Assembly: GCA_019347695.1 (NCBI GenBank)
Contig: JAHWKT010000002.1
Span: forward strand, 1,824 to 65,823
DNA from: Actinomycetota bacterium
Lineage (GTDB): Bacteria > Actinomycetota > Nitriliruptoria > Euzebyales > JAHELV01
Direction of reading: 5' to 3'
DNA: 64,000 bases
Below are positions 9,880-25,699 of this stretch, piece after piece. The notes under the pieces are model-generated. The model saw only the letters and a program-made list of their open reading frames with translations, was not told the origin of the DNA and did not search any database. Made by a program: the position numbers and the translations under genes. Position 1 is the stretch's first letter; every line of letters starts with the position of its first letter.

Positions 9880-9910
9880 GACAGGTGACCTACCGCTGCG
9901 CTACTCGAGG

Positions 9911-9914
<4 letters not shown>
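9876..9914 (-). other. 12-codon mini-ORF ([12 protein letters not shown]) filling the carB-pyrK junction; junction-cassette copy B
   Basis: The ATG overlaps the carB TGA (TCATGA) and the TGA overlaps the pyrK ATG (TCATGA). Shares ATGACCTC..AGCG.AGCGGTAGGTC with copies at 15740-15847 and 44225-44263. Confidence 0.5.
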
Positions 9915-14431
<4,517 letters not shown>

Positions 14432-14435
<4 letters not shown>

Positions 14436-15742
14436 GCGTCGCCGATCTCGTCGTCATCACCAGGCGTGACGGACTCACCGTCACGCACCGTGAACCGGCC
14501 GCGGAGCAGCGTGTGGTGCACACGACCCCACAGCTCGCGCCCGGCGAACGGCGTGTTGCGGCTGCGGCTGTGCGAACGTCCCGGGTCGACCGTCCAGCGC
14601 TCCTCGGGGTCGAACAGCACCAGGTTGGCAGGCGTGCCCTCGGCGATCGGCCCGCCGTGCCCCACGATGTCACGGCTGCGGGCCGGGCGCGTCGACAGCG
14701 CCGCGATCGCGTCCGGCAGCGTCAGGACCCCCGGGCGAACCAGTTCGGTGATGGTGACCGCCAGCGCCGTCTCGAGGCCGAGCATGCCGCACGGCGCCGC
14801 GGACCACTCGCGCTCCTTGTCCTCGGGCGGGTGCGGGGCGTGATCGGTGGCGATGGCATCGATCGTGCCGTCGGCGAGGCCGGCGCGGACCGCCTCGACG
14901 TCGGTCTTGACCCGCAGCGGCGGGTTGACCTTGTACACCGGGTCGTACGACGCCACCTGTTGGTCGGTCAACGTGAAGTGGTGGGGGGTCGCCTCGGCCG
15001 TCACCCGCGTACCCCGTGCCTTCGCAGCACGGATGAGGGCGACGGTTTCCGCTGTCGACACGTGCGGCACGTGGATCCGTGCGCCGAGGCCGCGCGCGAG
15101 GATGAGGTCGCGCGCGACCATCAGTTCCTCGGCCTCGCGGGGCCAGCCGGTCAGCCCGAGCAGGTCGGACTGGATGCCCTCGTGCATCTGCGCATCGCCT
15201 GTGAGCGTGCGTTCCTCTGCGTGGTTGCAGATGATCGCGTCCCACGTGCGGGCGTACGCCAGCGCCTGGCGCATGACGTGCGCGGACTGCACAGGGTGTC
15301 CGTCGTCGGAGAAGCAGCGGACCCCGACCGCGGCCATGGCGCCCAGCTCGCCGAGCTCGGCACCGGCCAGTCCACGGGTGATGGCACCGACGGGATACAC
15401 GTCGCACATCGCCGCCTCGCGGGCGAGTCGCAGCACCTGCTCGATCACGCCGGCGTGGTCGGCCACCGGCTGGGTGTTGGCCATCGGGCACACCGCCGTG
15501 AACCCCCCGGCCGCCGCCGCCGTGGTGCCGGACGCCACCGTCTCGGCGTCCTCACCGCCCGGCTCGCGCAGGTGCACATGCAGATCGACCAGGCCCGGAG
15601 CGAGCACCAGGCCGCTGGCGTCTATCCGCAGTCCGCGCGACTCACGACCGACCGAGGCGACCCGGTCGCCCTCGATGATCACGTTGGCAGCCCCATCGCG
15701 TCCGCCTGCCGGATCGACCACACGGACGTCGGTGAACGTCAC
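14432..15742 (-). CDS. pyrC: dihydroorotase
   Basis: VDLHVHLREPG, ATDHAPH, DPVYKVNPPLR. GTG start at 15742 (VTFTDVRVVDP). The ORF stays open upstream to ATG 15847 through two junction-cassette copies. Confidence 0.9.
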
Positions 15743-15847
15743 CAGCGACTGATGTGACCTACCGCTGCCGCTAAGGAGTCCCGCGGCTGGCGCCGCGCTC
15801 CTCACGGCCAAAGGAATGTGACCTACCGCTCCGCTGCTCGAGCTCAT
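15740..15847 (-). repeat. two junction-cassette copies (C: 15818-15847, D: 15754-15780) upstream of pyrC
   Basis: Sense strand: ATGAGCTCGAGCAGCGGAGCGGTAGGTCAC ... GCGGCAGCGGTAGGTCACATCAGTCGCTGGTGACG. The copies sit in different frames, so the conservation is at nucleotide level. Confidence 0.7.
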
Positions 15848-15869
15848 GACTGACAGCCTCTCTCGGTCC
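15848..15869 (-). promoter_or_regulatory. PyrR-binding-loop look-alike / purine-rich SD between pyrB and pyrC
   Basis: Sense RNA GGACCGAGAGAGGCUGUCAGUC can fold as GG(A)CC-GAGAGA-GGCU. This resembles the PyrR motif GUCCAGAGAGGCU and ends 7-9 nt before ATG 15847. Confidence 0.35.
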
Positions 15870-16835
15870 TCACGCGCGTTCGCCGCCGAGCATGAGGTAC
15901 AGGCAGCTCATGCGCACCGCGACGCCGTTGGCGACCTGCCGCGCGATCAACGCATTTGGCGCATCCGCGACGTCGGCTGTCAACTCGACACCGCGGTTCA
16001 TCGGACCGGGGTGCATGATCACCGCGTGCTCGGACAGCCGGCGCAGCCGGCGACCGTCCATCCCCCACAGGCGCGCGTACTCGCGGACCGACGGGATGAA
16101 CTGCTCGGACATCCGTTCGTGCTGCACGCGCAGCAGGTAGACCACGTCCGCCTTGCCCAGCACCGGATCGAGGTCGTGGCTCACGTCGACGTCCCACTGC
16201 CCGACGGCCAGCGGCAGCAGCGTGGGCGGGCCGACCACGGTCACGCCGGCCGACATCGTCCGCAGCCCCTGCACCAGGCTGCGCGCGACCCGCGAGTGCA
16301 GCACGTCACCGATCACGGCCACGTGCAGACCGTCGAGCTGCCCGAAGTGCTCGCGGATCGTGAACAGGTCGAGCAACGCCTGGGTCGGGTGCTGGTGCCG
16401 GCCGTCGCCCGCGTTGAGCACGTGCGCGTCGACCCAGCGGGTGAGCTGGTGGGGCGCGCCTGCCGCGTGATGCCGCACGACGATCGCATCGACGCCCATC
16501 GCCTGCAACGTCAGCGCGGTGTCCTTGAGCGACTCGCCCTTCGAGACGCTGGAGCCCTTCGCAGAGAAGTTCAGCACGTCGGCGGAGAGGCGCTTGGCCG
16601 CGATCTCGAAGCTCACCCGCGTGCGGGTGGAGTCCTCGAAGAACAGGTTGCAGACCGTGCGGCCGCGCAGCGTCGGCACCTTCTTGATCGGCCGTGCCGC
16701 GAGCTGCTGGAACGTACGCGCCGCATCGAGGATGGCCGTGATCTGATCAGCGCCGAGCGCATCCACGTCCAGCAGGTGCGACAGGCCGGCGCCGGCCGGG
16801 CGTTCGTCGAGCGCGATCTGATCCTGCGTCATCAT
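15870..16835 (-). CDS. pyrB: aspartate carbamoyltransferase catalytic subunit
   Basis: [25 protein letters not shown] motifs. Several clustered starts (GTG 16844, ATG 16841/16835/16832) follow TAGGTGAT. Confidence 0.93.
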   Translation of the reverse strand: MMTQDQIALDERPAGAGLSHLLDVDALGADQITAILDAARTFQQLAARPIKKVPTLRGRTVCNLFFEDSTRTRVSFEIAAKRLSADVLNFSAKGSSVSKGESLKDTALTLQAMGVDAIVVRHHAAGAPHQLTRWVDAHVLNAGDGRHQHPTQALLDLFTIREHFGQLDGLHVAVIGDVLHSRVARSLVQGLRTMSAGVTVVGPPTLLPLAVGQWDVDVSHDLDPVLGKADVVYLLRVQHERMSEQFIPSVREYARLWGMDGRRLRRLSEHAVIMHPGPMNRGVELTADVADAPNALIARQVANGVAVRMSCLYLMLGGERA

Positions 16836-16844
16836 GACCATCAC

Positions 16845-17937
<1,093 letters not shown>

Positions 17938-17952
17938 CCCGTGGCCGAGCGC

Positions 17953-18510
17953 TCAGGCACGCGAGCTGTAGGCACCTGTGCGCGTGTCCACCTTGATGCG
18001 TTCGCCAGGGTTGATGAACAGCGGCACCTGGACCACGGCGCCGGTCTCCAGGGTCGCCGGCTTCGTCGCACCCGACACGCGGTCGCCCTGGATCCCCGGC
18101 TCGGTCTCGGTGACCGTCAGGTCGACGCTCGCCGGCAGGTTGACTCCGACGACCTCGTCGGCGTGGAACACCAGCTCGATCGTGTCACCCTCGACGAACC
18201 ACAACGCGGCGTCGCCGATCGCCTCCTCTGACACGAACGTCTGTTCGAAGTGCTCGGTGTCCATGAACACCAACTGCTGTCCCTCGCGGTACAGGTACTG
18301 CAGCTGGCGCTTGGTCAGGATGGCCTGCTCGACGTTCTCGCCGGCGCGGAAGGTGCGGTCGACGGTCTTGCCGTTGCGCACCCCCTTCAGGGTGGTCCGC
18401 ACGAACGCGCCCCCCTTGCCCGGCTTGACGTGCTGGAAGTACTCGACGCGCCACAGCTCGCCGTCGAGGTTGAGCGTCATGCCGTTCTTCAAGCTGTTGG
18501 TGGACACCAT
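17953..18510 (-). CDS. efp: elongation factor P
   Basis: MVSTNSLKNGMTLNLDGELWRVEYFQHVKPGKGGAFVRTTLK is diagnostic. 185 aa. Confidence 0.95.
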   Translation of the reverse strand: MVSTNSLKNGMTLNLDGELWRVEYFQHVKPGKGGAFVRTTLKGVRNGKTVDRTFRAGENVEQAILTKRQLQYLYREGQQLVFMDTEHFEQTFVSEEAIGDAALWFVEGDTIELVFHADEVVGVNLPASVDLTVTETEPGIQGDRVSGATKPATLETGAVVQVPLFINPGERIKVDTRTGAYSSRA

Positions 18511-18638
18511 CGCGGTACCTCGTGTCGTGGGGGACCGGCCGCGGCAACGTGGTGGTGGGCGTGCCCATGTCGTCGGCGGGCTGCAGGCCGCCGTGGCCGT
18601 CGCCTGGACGGTCGTCGCGGGAAGCTGCGAGTGTAGCG

Positions 18639-19079
18639 TCACCGTGCTCCGTGCCGTGCGGCCACGAGGTGGCGTGCGGCCAGCACCGCCAGCTCGTAGC
18701 CGTAGGCACCTGCACCAGTGATCGTGACATCCACGACCGCGCTGATCACGCTGCCGTGGCGAAACGTCTCGCGTGCGGCGATCTGCGACAGGTGCACCTC
18801 GACCGTGGGCAGGTCGATCAGCTCGATCGCGTCACGCAGCGCATAGCTGTAGTGGGTCAGCGCGCCGGCGTTGATCACAACCGCCGCCGTGCCGTCGGTC
18901 CGCGCGCGGTGCAACCGCGTGATCAGCTCACCTTCCGACTCGGTGATGAAGTCGTCGATGTCGTCGTGCACCCGCCTGACGGCCGCGACGATGTCGGCCA
19001 TCGTTGCGGTTCCGTACACGTCGGGCGCGCGGTGACCGAGCTGGGACAGATTCGGGCCGTTCGCTATCAGGATGCGCAC
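18639..19079 (-). CDS. aroQ: type II 3-dehydroquinate dehydratase
   Basis: VRILIANGPNLSQLGHR...INAGALTHYSYALRDA...VEVHLSQI. GTG start is 4 nt after GGTAGGAGGT. Confidence 0.93.
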   Translation of the reverse strand: MRILIANGPNLSQLGHRAPDVYGTATMADIVAAVRRVHDDIDDFITESEGELITRLHRARTDGTAAVVINAGALTHYSYALRDAIELIDLPTVEVHLSQIAARETFRHGSVISAVVDVTITGAGAYGYELAVLAARHLVAARHGAR

Positions 19080-19233
19080 GCAACCTCCTACCGGTCGGGG
19101 CACTTCACCGCGACGCATCCTACGGCCGACGGCGGTGTCGGCGGCATGGGCGCCGCCGACACCGCCTGACGACCCGCGGCCCGCACGACCGACCTCAGCG
19201 CGCACCCGTGACTGACGCCAACCCGCCGGGCGA

Positions 19234-19416
19234 TCAACGCCAGGGATTCACCACGTCGAGGTCGCCGAAGCTCGCCGGCTGGGCGGTCTCCTCGGAGGTT
19301 GGAACGATGAACTCGATGTCCTCGACTCCTGCGGGCTCAGCGAGTCGATCCAGCACATGCTTCGTGCCGAGAAGCTGCTCGTAGGCCTCGTAGGTCAGCA
19401 GCACGTGGGGGACCAT
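19234..19416 (-). CDS. small acidic hypothetical protein (60 aa) between aroB and aroQ
   Basis: ORF from MVPHVLLTYEAYEQLLG with GC-rich third codon positions like its neighbours. No family recognised. Confidence 0.4.
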   Translation of the reverse strand: MVPHVLLTYEAYEQLLGTKHVLDRLAEPAGVEDIEFIVPTSEETAQPASFGDLDVVNPWR

Positions 19417-19444
19417 GCACGGTGTCGCCGGTTTGCGGGTCGAG

Positions 19445-20527
19445 TCACGGGTGCCGCACACGGGCGAGGGCACGTTCGAGAACGGCGCGGTCTAGGGCGG
19501 CGACCCGGGCGACGCCGGGGCGCTCGCACAGCACCAGCCGCAGGCCGTCACGGACCTTCTTGTCGCGTGCCATCACGGCGAAGACCTCGTCGCTGTCGAC
19601 CGGGTCGCAGACCGTCGGCAGGCCGACGTCGGCCAGGATCGCCGTCGTGCGGTCGTGCAGACCTGCGTCGGCGACCCCGGACCATTCGCTGACCAGCGCC
19701 GCGAACCGCATACCAATACCGACGGCCTCGCCGTGGCGGTACCGCGCGTACCCCGTCAGCGTCTCCAGGGCGTGGCCGAGGGTGTGGCCGTAGTTGAGCA
19801 GCGCGCGCTCGCCGTGCTCGTGGGTGTCGGCCGCGACGATCTGCGCCTTGACGGCGACGGCGCGGTGGATCAGGTCCGGTAGCACCTCGCCGGCCGGGTC
19901 GAGCGCGGCGGCGGGATCGCGCTCGATGCGGTCGAGGATGCGCGGGTCGCGGATGAACCCGCACTTGATCACCTCGGCCATGCCGGCACGCAGCTCCCGC
20001 GCCGGCAGGGTGTCGAGCGTTGCGGTGTCGGCGACGACGGCCAGCGGTTGATGGAACGCGCCGACGAGGTTCTTGCCGGCCGCCAGGTTGATGCCGGTCT
20101 TACCGCCGACGGCGGCGTCGACCTGCGCGAGCACCGTGGTCGGCACCTGCAGCACCGGGACGCCCCTGTGCCAGGTCGCAGCGACGAACCCGGCCAGATC
20201 GGTGACCGCGCCGCCGCCGAGACCGACGACGAGGTCGGTGCGCGCCAACGGGATGGCGGCGAGCCAGTCGTACAGCTGTCCCAGGACGTCCAGCGACTTG
20301 GCCGCCTCGCCATCGGGAACCTGGCGGACGTGCACGTCCAGGCCGGCTGCCCGCAGGCCGGCGGTGACGGCCGCGGCGTGATGCTCCTCGACCGGGGCGG
20401 TGGTGACGACCGCCGCGCGTCTGGCGGCGGTGTCCGGCAGCCACGCGTCGACGTCGTCGAGCACCCCGCGGCCGATCACGACGTCGTACGGGGCGGCCAC
20501 GTCGACGGTGATGCGCATCGTCGTCAT
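19445..20527 (-). CDS. aroB: 3-dehydroquinate synthase
   Basis: GLGGGAVTDLAGFVAATWHRGVP, DAAVGGKTGINL, NYGHTLGHALE. Confidence 0.93.
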   Translation of the reverse strand: MTTMRITVDVAAPYDVVIGRGVLDDVDAWLPDTAARRAAVVTTAPVEEHHAAAVTAGLRAAGLDVHVRQVPDGEAAKSLDVLGQLYDWLAAIPLARTDLVVGLGGGAVTDLAGFVAATWHRGVPVLQVPTTVLAQVDAAVGGKTGINLAAGKNLVGAFHQPLAVVADTATLDTLPARELRAGMAEVIKCGFIRDPRILDRIERDPAAALDPAGEVLPDLIHRAVAVKAQIVAADTHEHGERALLNYGHTLGHALETLTGYARYRHGEAVGIGMRFAALVSEWSGVADAGLHDRTTAILADVGLPTVCDPVDSDEVFAVMARDKKVRDGLRLVLCERPGVARVAALDRAVLERALARVRHP

Positions 20528-20549
20528 GCGACCGCTGCGGCGCGCGTGC

Positions 20550-21077
20550 TCACGTGTTCCTCCGGATCCACTCGGCCAGCAGCCGCGCCGACTGGTCGAC
20601 CGCCAGGCCGTCGGTGCGCAGCACGGCCGATGCGGCCGCCTCATAGGCCGGTCGCCGTTGCGCCAGCAGCTGCGTCAGCACCGCCACCGGCTCGGTGTCG
20701 ACGAGCAGGGGGCGGTCGCCGCGCAGCATCGAGTTGCGCAGTCGCGCGGCGAGCGTCGTAGGGTCGGCGTACAGCCACACGACGGGCCCGGCGGCCCGCA
20801 TGCGCTCGACGTTGGTGTGGTCGAGCACCGCTCCCCCACCCACCGACACGATCGCGCCGTCGTGCGCGAGCGCGGCGGCCACCGCGTCGCGTTCGCGTGC
20901 GCGAAACGCCGGTTCACCCCCGCGCGCGAAGATCTCGGTGACCGTCATTCCCACGTCGCGGGCGATCAGCGCATCGGTGTCGACGAAGGCCCGGTCGAGC
21001 AGCGCCGCGGCAGCGCGGCCGACCTTGCTCTTGCCGGCGCCCATGAGCCCGATCACGGTCACCACGGACCGGGTCAC
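20550..21077 (-). CDS. aroK: shikimate kinase
   Basis: P-loop [22 protein letters not shown]. The GTG start overlaps the aroC stop (GTGA). Confidence 0.9.
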   Translation of the reverse strand: MTRSVVTVIGLMGAGKSKVGRAAAALLDRAFVDTDALIARDVGMTVTEIFARGGEPAFRARERDAVAAALAHDGAIVSVGGGAVLDHTNVERMRAAGPVVWLYADPTTLAARLRNSMLRGDRPLLVDTEPVAVLTQLLAQRRPAYEAAASAVLRTDGLAVDQSARLLAEWIRRNT

Positions 21078-22276
21078 GGCACCGAGGTGACCGGCAGGTG
21101 GGCCAGGTACTGCGACAGGTTGCGACGCACCTCGTCCAGCGCGTCGCCGCCGGTCTTGTCGAGCAGCGCCCGAGCGAGCTCGAACGCCACCACCGCCTCG
21201 GCGACAACCCCGGCGCGGGGCACGGCGCACACGTCCGAGCGCTGTGTGATCGCGACCGCGTCGTCCCCCGTGGCGGTGTCGACCGTCCGCAACGGTCGGG
21301 TGAGGCTGGAGATCGGCTTCATGGTGGCGCGCACACGCAGCACGGCGCCGGTGGTCATGCCACCCTCCACCCCGCCCGCGCGGTCGGTCAGCCGTCGGAC
21401 CGCCATGCCGTCGCGGTCGACGGAGGCGATCTCGTCGTGGGCCTGCGACCCGCGGACGGCGCCGAGCCGCGTGCCGTCACCGATCTCGACGGCCTTGAAC
21501 GCCTGGATGCTCATGAGTGCCGCCGCGAGCCGGGTGTCCAGCTTGCGGTCCCAGTGCACGTGACTGCCCAGCCCCGGCGGCACGCCGTAGGCCAGGACCT
21601 CCACCACACCGCCGAGCGTGTCGCGGTCGGCCTTGGCCGCATCGATCGCATGCTGCATGCGCGTGGATGTGTCCGGATCGCTGCAGCGCACCGGGTCGTC
21701 GTCGATGCGGTCGCTGTCGTCAGGCGTGGGCGGCGGCAGGTCATCGGGCACGGCGGCTTCGCCGATCCGCACGACGTGCGAGACGACGGCGATGTCGACC
21801 GCGTCGAGCAGTCCCCGCGCGACGGTCGCCAGGGCGACACGCATCGCCGTCTCGCGGGCGCTCGCCCGCTCGAGCACGTTGCGGGCGTCGTCGAAGTCGT
21901 ACTTCTGCATCCCGGCGAGGTCGGCGTGGCCGGGGCGCGGGCGGGTGAGCGACTGGCCCCGTCCCCTGGCTGCGACCGCCGCCGGATCCTCCGGCGCGTC
22001 GACGGCCATCGCGTCCTGCCACTTGGGCCACTCGGTGTTGCGCAGCACGATGGCGACCGGCGACCCGAGCGTGCGTCCGTGCCGGACGCCGCCGAGGATC
22101 TCGAACGTGTCGGCCTCGAAGCGCATGCGTGGTGACCGCCCGTGCCCGTGGCGGCGGCGTGCGAGCTGGTGGCTGATGGCTGCGCGGTCCACTACGACGC
22201 CCGCCGGCATGCCCTCGAGGATGCCGACGAGTGCGGGGCCGTGGGACTCTCCGGCGGTGAGGTAGCGCAAGCTCAT
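21074..22276 (-). CDS. aroC: chorismate synthase
   Basis: [42 protein letters not shown]. Confidence 0.95.
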   Translation of the reverse strand: MSLRYLTAGESHGPALVGILEGMPAGVVVDRAAISHQLARRRHGHGRSPRMRFEADTFEILGGVRHGRTLGSPVAIVLRNTEWPKWQDAMAVDAPEDPAAVAARGRGQSLTRPRPGHADLAGMQKYDFDDARNVLERASARETAMRVALATVARGLLDAVDIAVVSHVVRIGEAAVPDDLPPPTPDDSDRIDDDPVRCSDPDTSTRMQHAIDAAKADRDTLGGVVEVLAYGVPPGLGSHVHWDRKLDTRLAAALMSIQAFKAVEIGDGTRLGAVRGSQAHDEIASVDRDGMAVRRLTDRAGGVEGGMTTGAVLRVRATMKPISSLTRPLRTVDTATGDDAVAITQRSDVCAVPRAGVVAEAVVAFELARALLDKTGGDALDEVRRNLSQYLAHLPVTSVP

Positions 22277-22304
22277 GGTGCGAGCACCGTAGCAGCCTGC
22301 TGCC

Positions 22305-23645
22305 TCACGCCGGGGTCTGCCCATCGTCGATCTGCCTCAGCAGTCCCCGGACCCACCGGACGCACTCGAGGTAGCGCGGCGTCAGGCGCTCGGGGGCCAC
22401 GCCGAGTCGCGTCGCGTGGCGCTGGACGTCCGCCCACTGTCCATGCTCGTAGGCGCGGACCAGGGCGAGCACGGCACCGAGTGTGCCGTCCTCGTCGACG
22501 CAGGCCGCAAGCAACGGGCGCCGCAACTGGATGCGCGCCAGGATGTCGCCGAGCGGTTCGCCCAGCAGCGCGTCGAGCAGCGAGCACAGCCCGACCAGGT
22601 ACCCGTCGTCGGCGCGGGCGCCGTCGCCGTCGACGAGGTCGGTCACCAGCTGCTCGCAGAACCGGGCACGCAGCAGCGCGGTGTCGCGCAGCGCGCTGGG
22701 ATGGTGGTCGGCCAGCCACAGCACGACGAGCACCGTGATAGCGGTGACCAGCCGCGCGTCATCGGTGCGGTCAAGCGTCTGGCGCACGGTTTCGGAGCGG
22801 CCGGCGCCGCCGGTCGTCGCGGCGGCCACCGCCTGGAACCGCCGGGCGGCGTAGCGGTCGCGGGCGAGCAGGTTGCCGATCGCGTCCCGGTCGATGGGGT
22901 CGGCCATCACGCTGCCCAGCAGCTGGAGGTGGCCGAGCCGGCTGCCGTGGCGCTGGCGTGCGCCGACGATCGAGGGCTTCTGGAAGAAGTAGCCCTGGAA
23001 CAGGTCGAAGCCCATGGACGCGACCTCGTCGCGTTGCGTCGGTGTCTCGACCTTCTCCGCCAGCGTCTGCACACCGGCTGCGCGGCACTGGGCGACCAGC
23101 GCGCGGCGTTCGGCCACCGTCGTCGTGGCGATGTCGACCTTGACGATGTCGACCACCCCGAGCAGTGCGAGCCGGGCGTCGGCGGCCGTCACGTCGTCGA
23201 GCGCGATCCGGTAGCCGGCGGCACGCAGCCGCCGGCACGCGGCCTCGACGGCGGCATCGGGCGTGATGGTCTCGAGGATCTCCACGACGGTCAGGTCGGC
23301 CGGCAGAGTCTCGGCGCCCCCGTCGAGCAGCAGCTGGCGGGTGAAGTTGATGAAGGCCGGCAGGCCCTCGGTCAAGCTCCAGATGTCCATCTCGAGGAAG
23401 GCCTGACCGATCACGCGCGTGGTCGTGCGCGAATCGCCGGCCCGCGGACTCCACGTGGTGTCGGTCAGCGTGCGGCGGGCCAGCAGCTCGTAGGCCACGA
23501 CCCGGGTTGCACGATCCAGGATCGGTTGGCGGGCGACCAGCAGGCTCGACGGACCGGCACGAGGTCCGCGCACCTGGCCACCCCCTGCGACGACACGCGG
23601 GTGGCCAGGGTCGGTCGCCAACCGCCTACTTCTGGATCTGCTCAC
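22305..23645 (-). CDS. EAL-domain (c-di-GMP phosphodiesterase) + HDOD-domain protein
   Basis: [55 protein letters not shown] cover the EAL catalytic signature. The C-terminal half resembles HDOD. Start uncertain. Confidence 0.8.
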   Translation of the reverse strand: MSRSRSRRLATDPGHPRVVAGGGQVRGPRAGPSSLLVARQPILDRATRVVAYELLARRTLTDTTWSPRAGDSRTTTRVIGQAFLEMDIWSLTEGLPAFINFTRQLLLDGGAETLPADLTVVEILETITPDAAVEAACRRLRAAGYRIALDDVTAADARLALLGVVDIVKVDIATTTVAERRALVAQCRAAGVQTLAEKVETPTQRDEVASMGFDLFQGYFFQKPSIVGARQRHGSRLGHLQLLGSVMADPIDRDAIGNLLARDRYAARRFQAVAAATTGGAGRSETVRQTLDRTDDARLVTAITVLVVLWLADHHPSALRDTALLRARFCEQLVTDLVDGDGARADDGYLVGLCSLLDALLGEPLGDILARIQLRRPLLAACVDEDGTLGAVLALVRAYEHGQWADVQRHATRLGVAPERLTPRYLECVRWVRGLLRQIDDGQTPA

Positions 23646-24234
23646 CCTCGCACAGGATGAACCGTCTGTCCTCGAACCGCATCGTGGCGCAGTTGCCGGC
23701 GATGTCGAGCACGGTCACCTTGCCGGCGACGGTCTCACCGGCGGTGGCCTCATACCCTTCGTTGTCGACGACCACCAGCGCGGTCTTGGTGCCACCGGCG
23801 CTGAAGACATCCTCGAGCAGGATCGTCGTCCCGCCGACCGTGGTCTGCGACGGATCGCCGTCGGTCGGCGGCGTGCCGTCGACCGCCGGGGTCGTGTCGC
23901 TCGCCGGTGCGGTCGTGCCGACGGTGTCGGAACCGCCGCCACCGGTGTCGTCGGCCACGAGCTGCTCGAAGGGGTCACGCGCGTCGAAGACCTCGAACGT
24001 CGGCTCGACAGCGGCGATCTCCGACGGATCCTCGGTCGGATCGACGGTTGCCGCCTCCGACGCCTCGGGTACCTCCGACCCCGTCGGTACCGGTCCGGCG
24101 GCTTCGACGGCCGCCTCGTCGGATCCTGTCAACAGGGTGAGCGCCAGGTAGGCGACGGCGGCGACCGCGACGACGCCCAGGACGATCAGCAGCGGCCGGC
24201 TCACGCGGGACTGCTCGGTGGTTGGCGTGCTCAC
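23626..24234 (-). CDS. PilP-like pilus assembly protein (single N-terminal TM, acidic linker, C-terminal beta domain)
   Basis: TM segment LLIVLGVVAVAAVAYLALTLL, and position immediately after pilM-N-O. Assignment is mainly by context. Confidence 0.5.
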   Translation of the reverse strand: MSTPTTEQSRVSRPLLIVLGVVAVAAVAYLALTLLTGSDEAAVEAAGPVPTGSEVPEASEAATVDPTEDPSEIAAVEPTFEVFDARDPFEQLVADDTGGGGSDTVGTTAPASDTTPAVDGTPPTDGDPSQTTVGGTTILLEDVFSAGGTKTALVVVDNEGYEATAGETVAGKVTVLDIAGNCATMRFEDRRFILCEGEQIQK

Positions 24235-24956
24235 TGTGCTCCCCCCTCGGCGGAGGTGTCGGCGGCCTCGGGCGCGGGACTGGCCTGCTCGGTCGGGGCC
24301 TCGGTGGCGCCCTCGGACGCGTTCTCGGTCGCGGCCTCGACCGGCTCACCGTCGGGGCCGACGACCTCGACGCTCTCGCCGCCGGCCTCGAGCACCGGCA
24401 GCACCGAGAAGATGTGACCGGCAGCCGTCACGGTCAGGTCGGGGAACGACTGCTCGGTCTCCTCGGCCATCGTCACGGTCGACACTTTCACCGCACGCGC
24501 CAGATCGACCTCGATCCGGCGCAGCAGATCGACGACCTGGAAGTAGCCGCCCGACACCGTCATCTGCATCGGGATGCGCGCGAGCGCGGTCAGCTCCTCG
24601 TTGGTCTCGGGGGCCTCCTCGACCAGCTCGGGATCCTCGAACGTCATCTGGGCGATCTCGACGCCCGACGCATCGGCCGCCTGCTGCAACGCCTCCAACG
24701 CCTCCGGCTGCCCCGGGTCGTCGGGAATGTACTCACGCAGCCGGACGAGCATCGACCGGTAGTCGGCCTCGTTCTCCTCGACCTCGCGCAGCACCGCGAT
24801 CTGCGATTGCAACTGGCCGCGTTCGTCCTCCAGCTGCGCGGTCTGCTCGATGAGGTCGGCCTGCTCGACGCGTTTCGGCTGGTACAGGAAGTACCACCAC
24901 GCGGCGGTCAGCAGGATGGCCGCAACAGCCGCCAACAGGGGGGCTCGCCGGGTCAT
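24231..24956 (-). CDS. pilO: type IV pilus assembly protein PilO
   Basis: TM helix then coiled coil (LEDERGQLQSQIAVLREVE), then IPMQMTVSGGYFQVVDLLRRIE, typical of PilO. Confidence 0.75.
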   Translation of the reverse strand: MTRRAPLLAAVAAILLTAAWWYFLYQPKRVEQADLIEQTAQLEDERGQLQSQIAVLREVEENEADYRSMLVRLREYIPDDPGQPEALEALQQAADASGVEIAQMTFEDPELVEEAPETNEELTALARIPMQMTVSGGYFQVVDLLRRIEVDLARAVKVSTVTMAEETEQSFPDLTVTAAGHIFSVLPVLEAGGESVEVVGPDGEPVEAATENASEGATEAPTEQASPAPEAADTSAEGGAQ

Positions 24957-25699
24957 CGTAGGTTCTCCTCGGGAAGTCCATCGTCGTAGCGATGGGTGTA
25001 GGCGCGGTCGTCGATCTGGACGCGGCCGATGAAGTTGGTCACCTCGGTGCCGCCGCGTTCTTCGTCGCCCGCGGTCGCCAGATAGCTGTCGTCGAACCCG
25101 ATGGTGTCGTCGAACTTCGCCAGGACCTCTTCGACGCCCGGCGCGAAGCGGTCGACGGAGTAGCCGGTGAAGTCGACCTGCGCGACAGGCTCACCGAGGT
25201 CGAGTCCGTCTTCGAGCAGGATGGCCTCGCCGTCGGTGACTGCGGCGTCCGACGCCGTCGACGCGCCGTCGAGGGCGGTCAGCGACGACTGCCGGTCGAA
25301 CGACAACGCCAGGTCACCGAGGATCCGGGCCCACGACAGCTCGCCCTCCATGGCAGCAATCAGCAGCGTCTCGCGGTTCTGGACCGTGTCGAGCAGGTTC
25401 TGGAACTCGTTGAGCGACGCGACCTCGGCCCGCAGCACCATGACCTCGCGCTCGGTCGCGTCACGCTCTGCCCGGGCAGAGTTGACGTGACCGACCTTGA
25501 GCGCGTAGACACCCATCAGCCCGACGAGGTAGGCGGCGAGCACGCCGAGGGCGAACACGGCGATCTGGCGGCGGCGCCGCTCGATCCCGACCTCCGCAGG
25601 CAGCAGGTTGACCCGCGCCATCGGCGGTGTCGCCTCCGCGCCGCCCGCGGGCGGCAGCTCGGACGTCTCGTCGTCCAACGGTTCGAATGACTCGGTCAT
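24953..25699 (-). CDS. pilN: type IV pilus assembly protein PilN
   Basis: VNLLPAEV...RRRRQ then a TM helix and coiled coil. Sits between pilM and pilO. Confidence 0.75.
   Translation of the reverse strand: MTESFEPLDDETSELPPAGGAEATPPMARVNLLPAEVGIERRRRQIAVFALGVLAAYLVGLMGVYALKVGHVNSARAERDATEREVMVLRAEVASLNEFQNLLDTVQNRETLLIAAMEGELSWARILGDLALSFDRQSSLTALDGASTASDAAVTDGEAILLEDGLDLGEPVAQVDFTGYSVDRFAPGVEEVLAKFDDTIGFDDSYLATAGDEERGGTEVTNFIGRVQIDDRAYTHRYDDGLPEENLR

Noticed and set aside
15740-15850. Two similar ~30-nt repeats 64 nt apart, considered as a possible mini CRISPR array
   Set aside because: There are only two copies, they are imperfect, there are no cas genes, and related copies sit singly at other gene junctions. 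They are better explained as the junction cassette.
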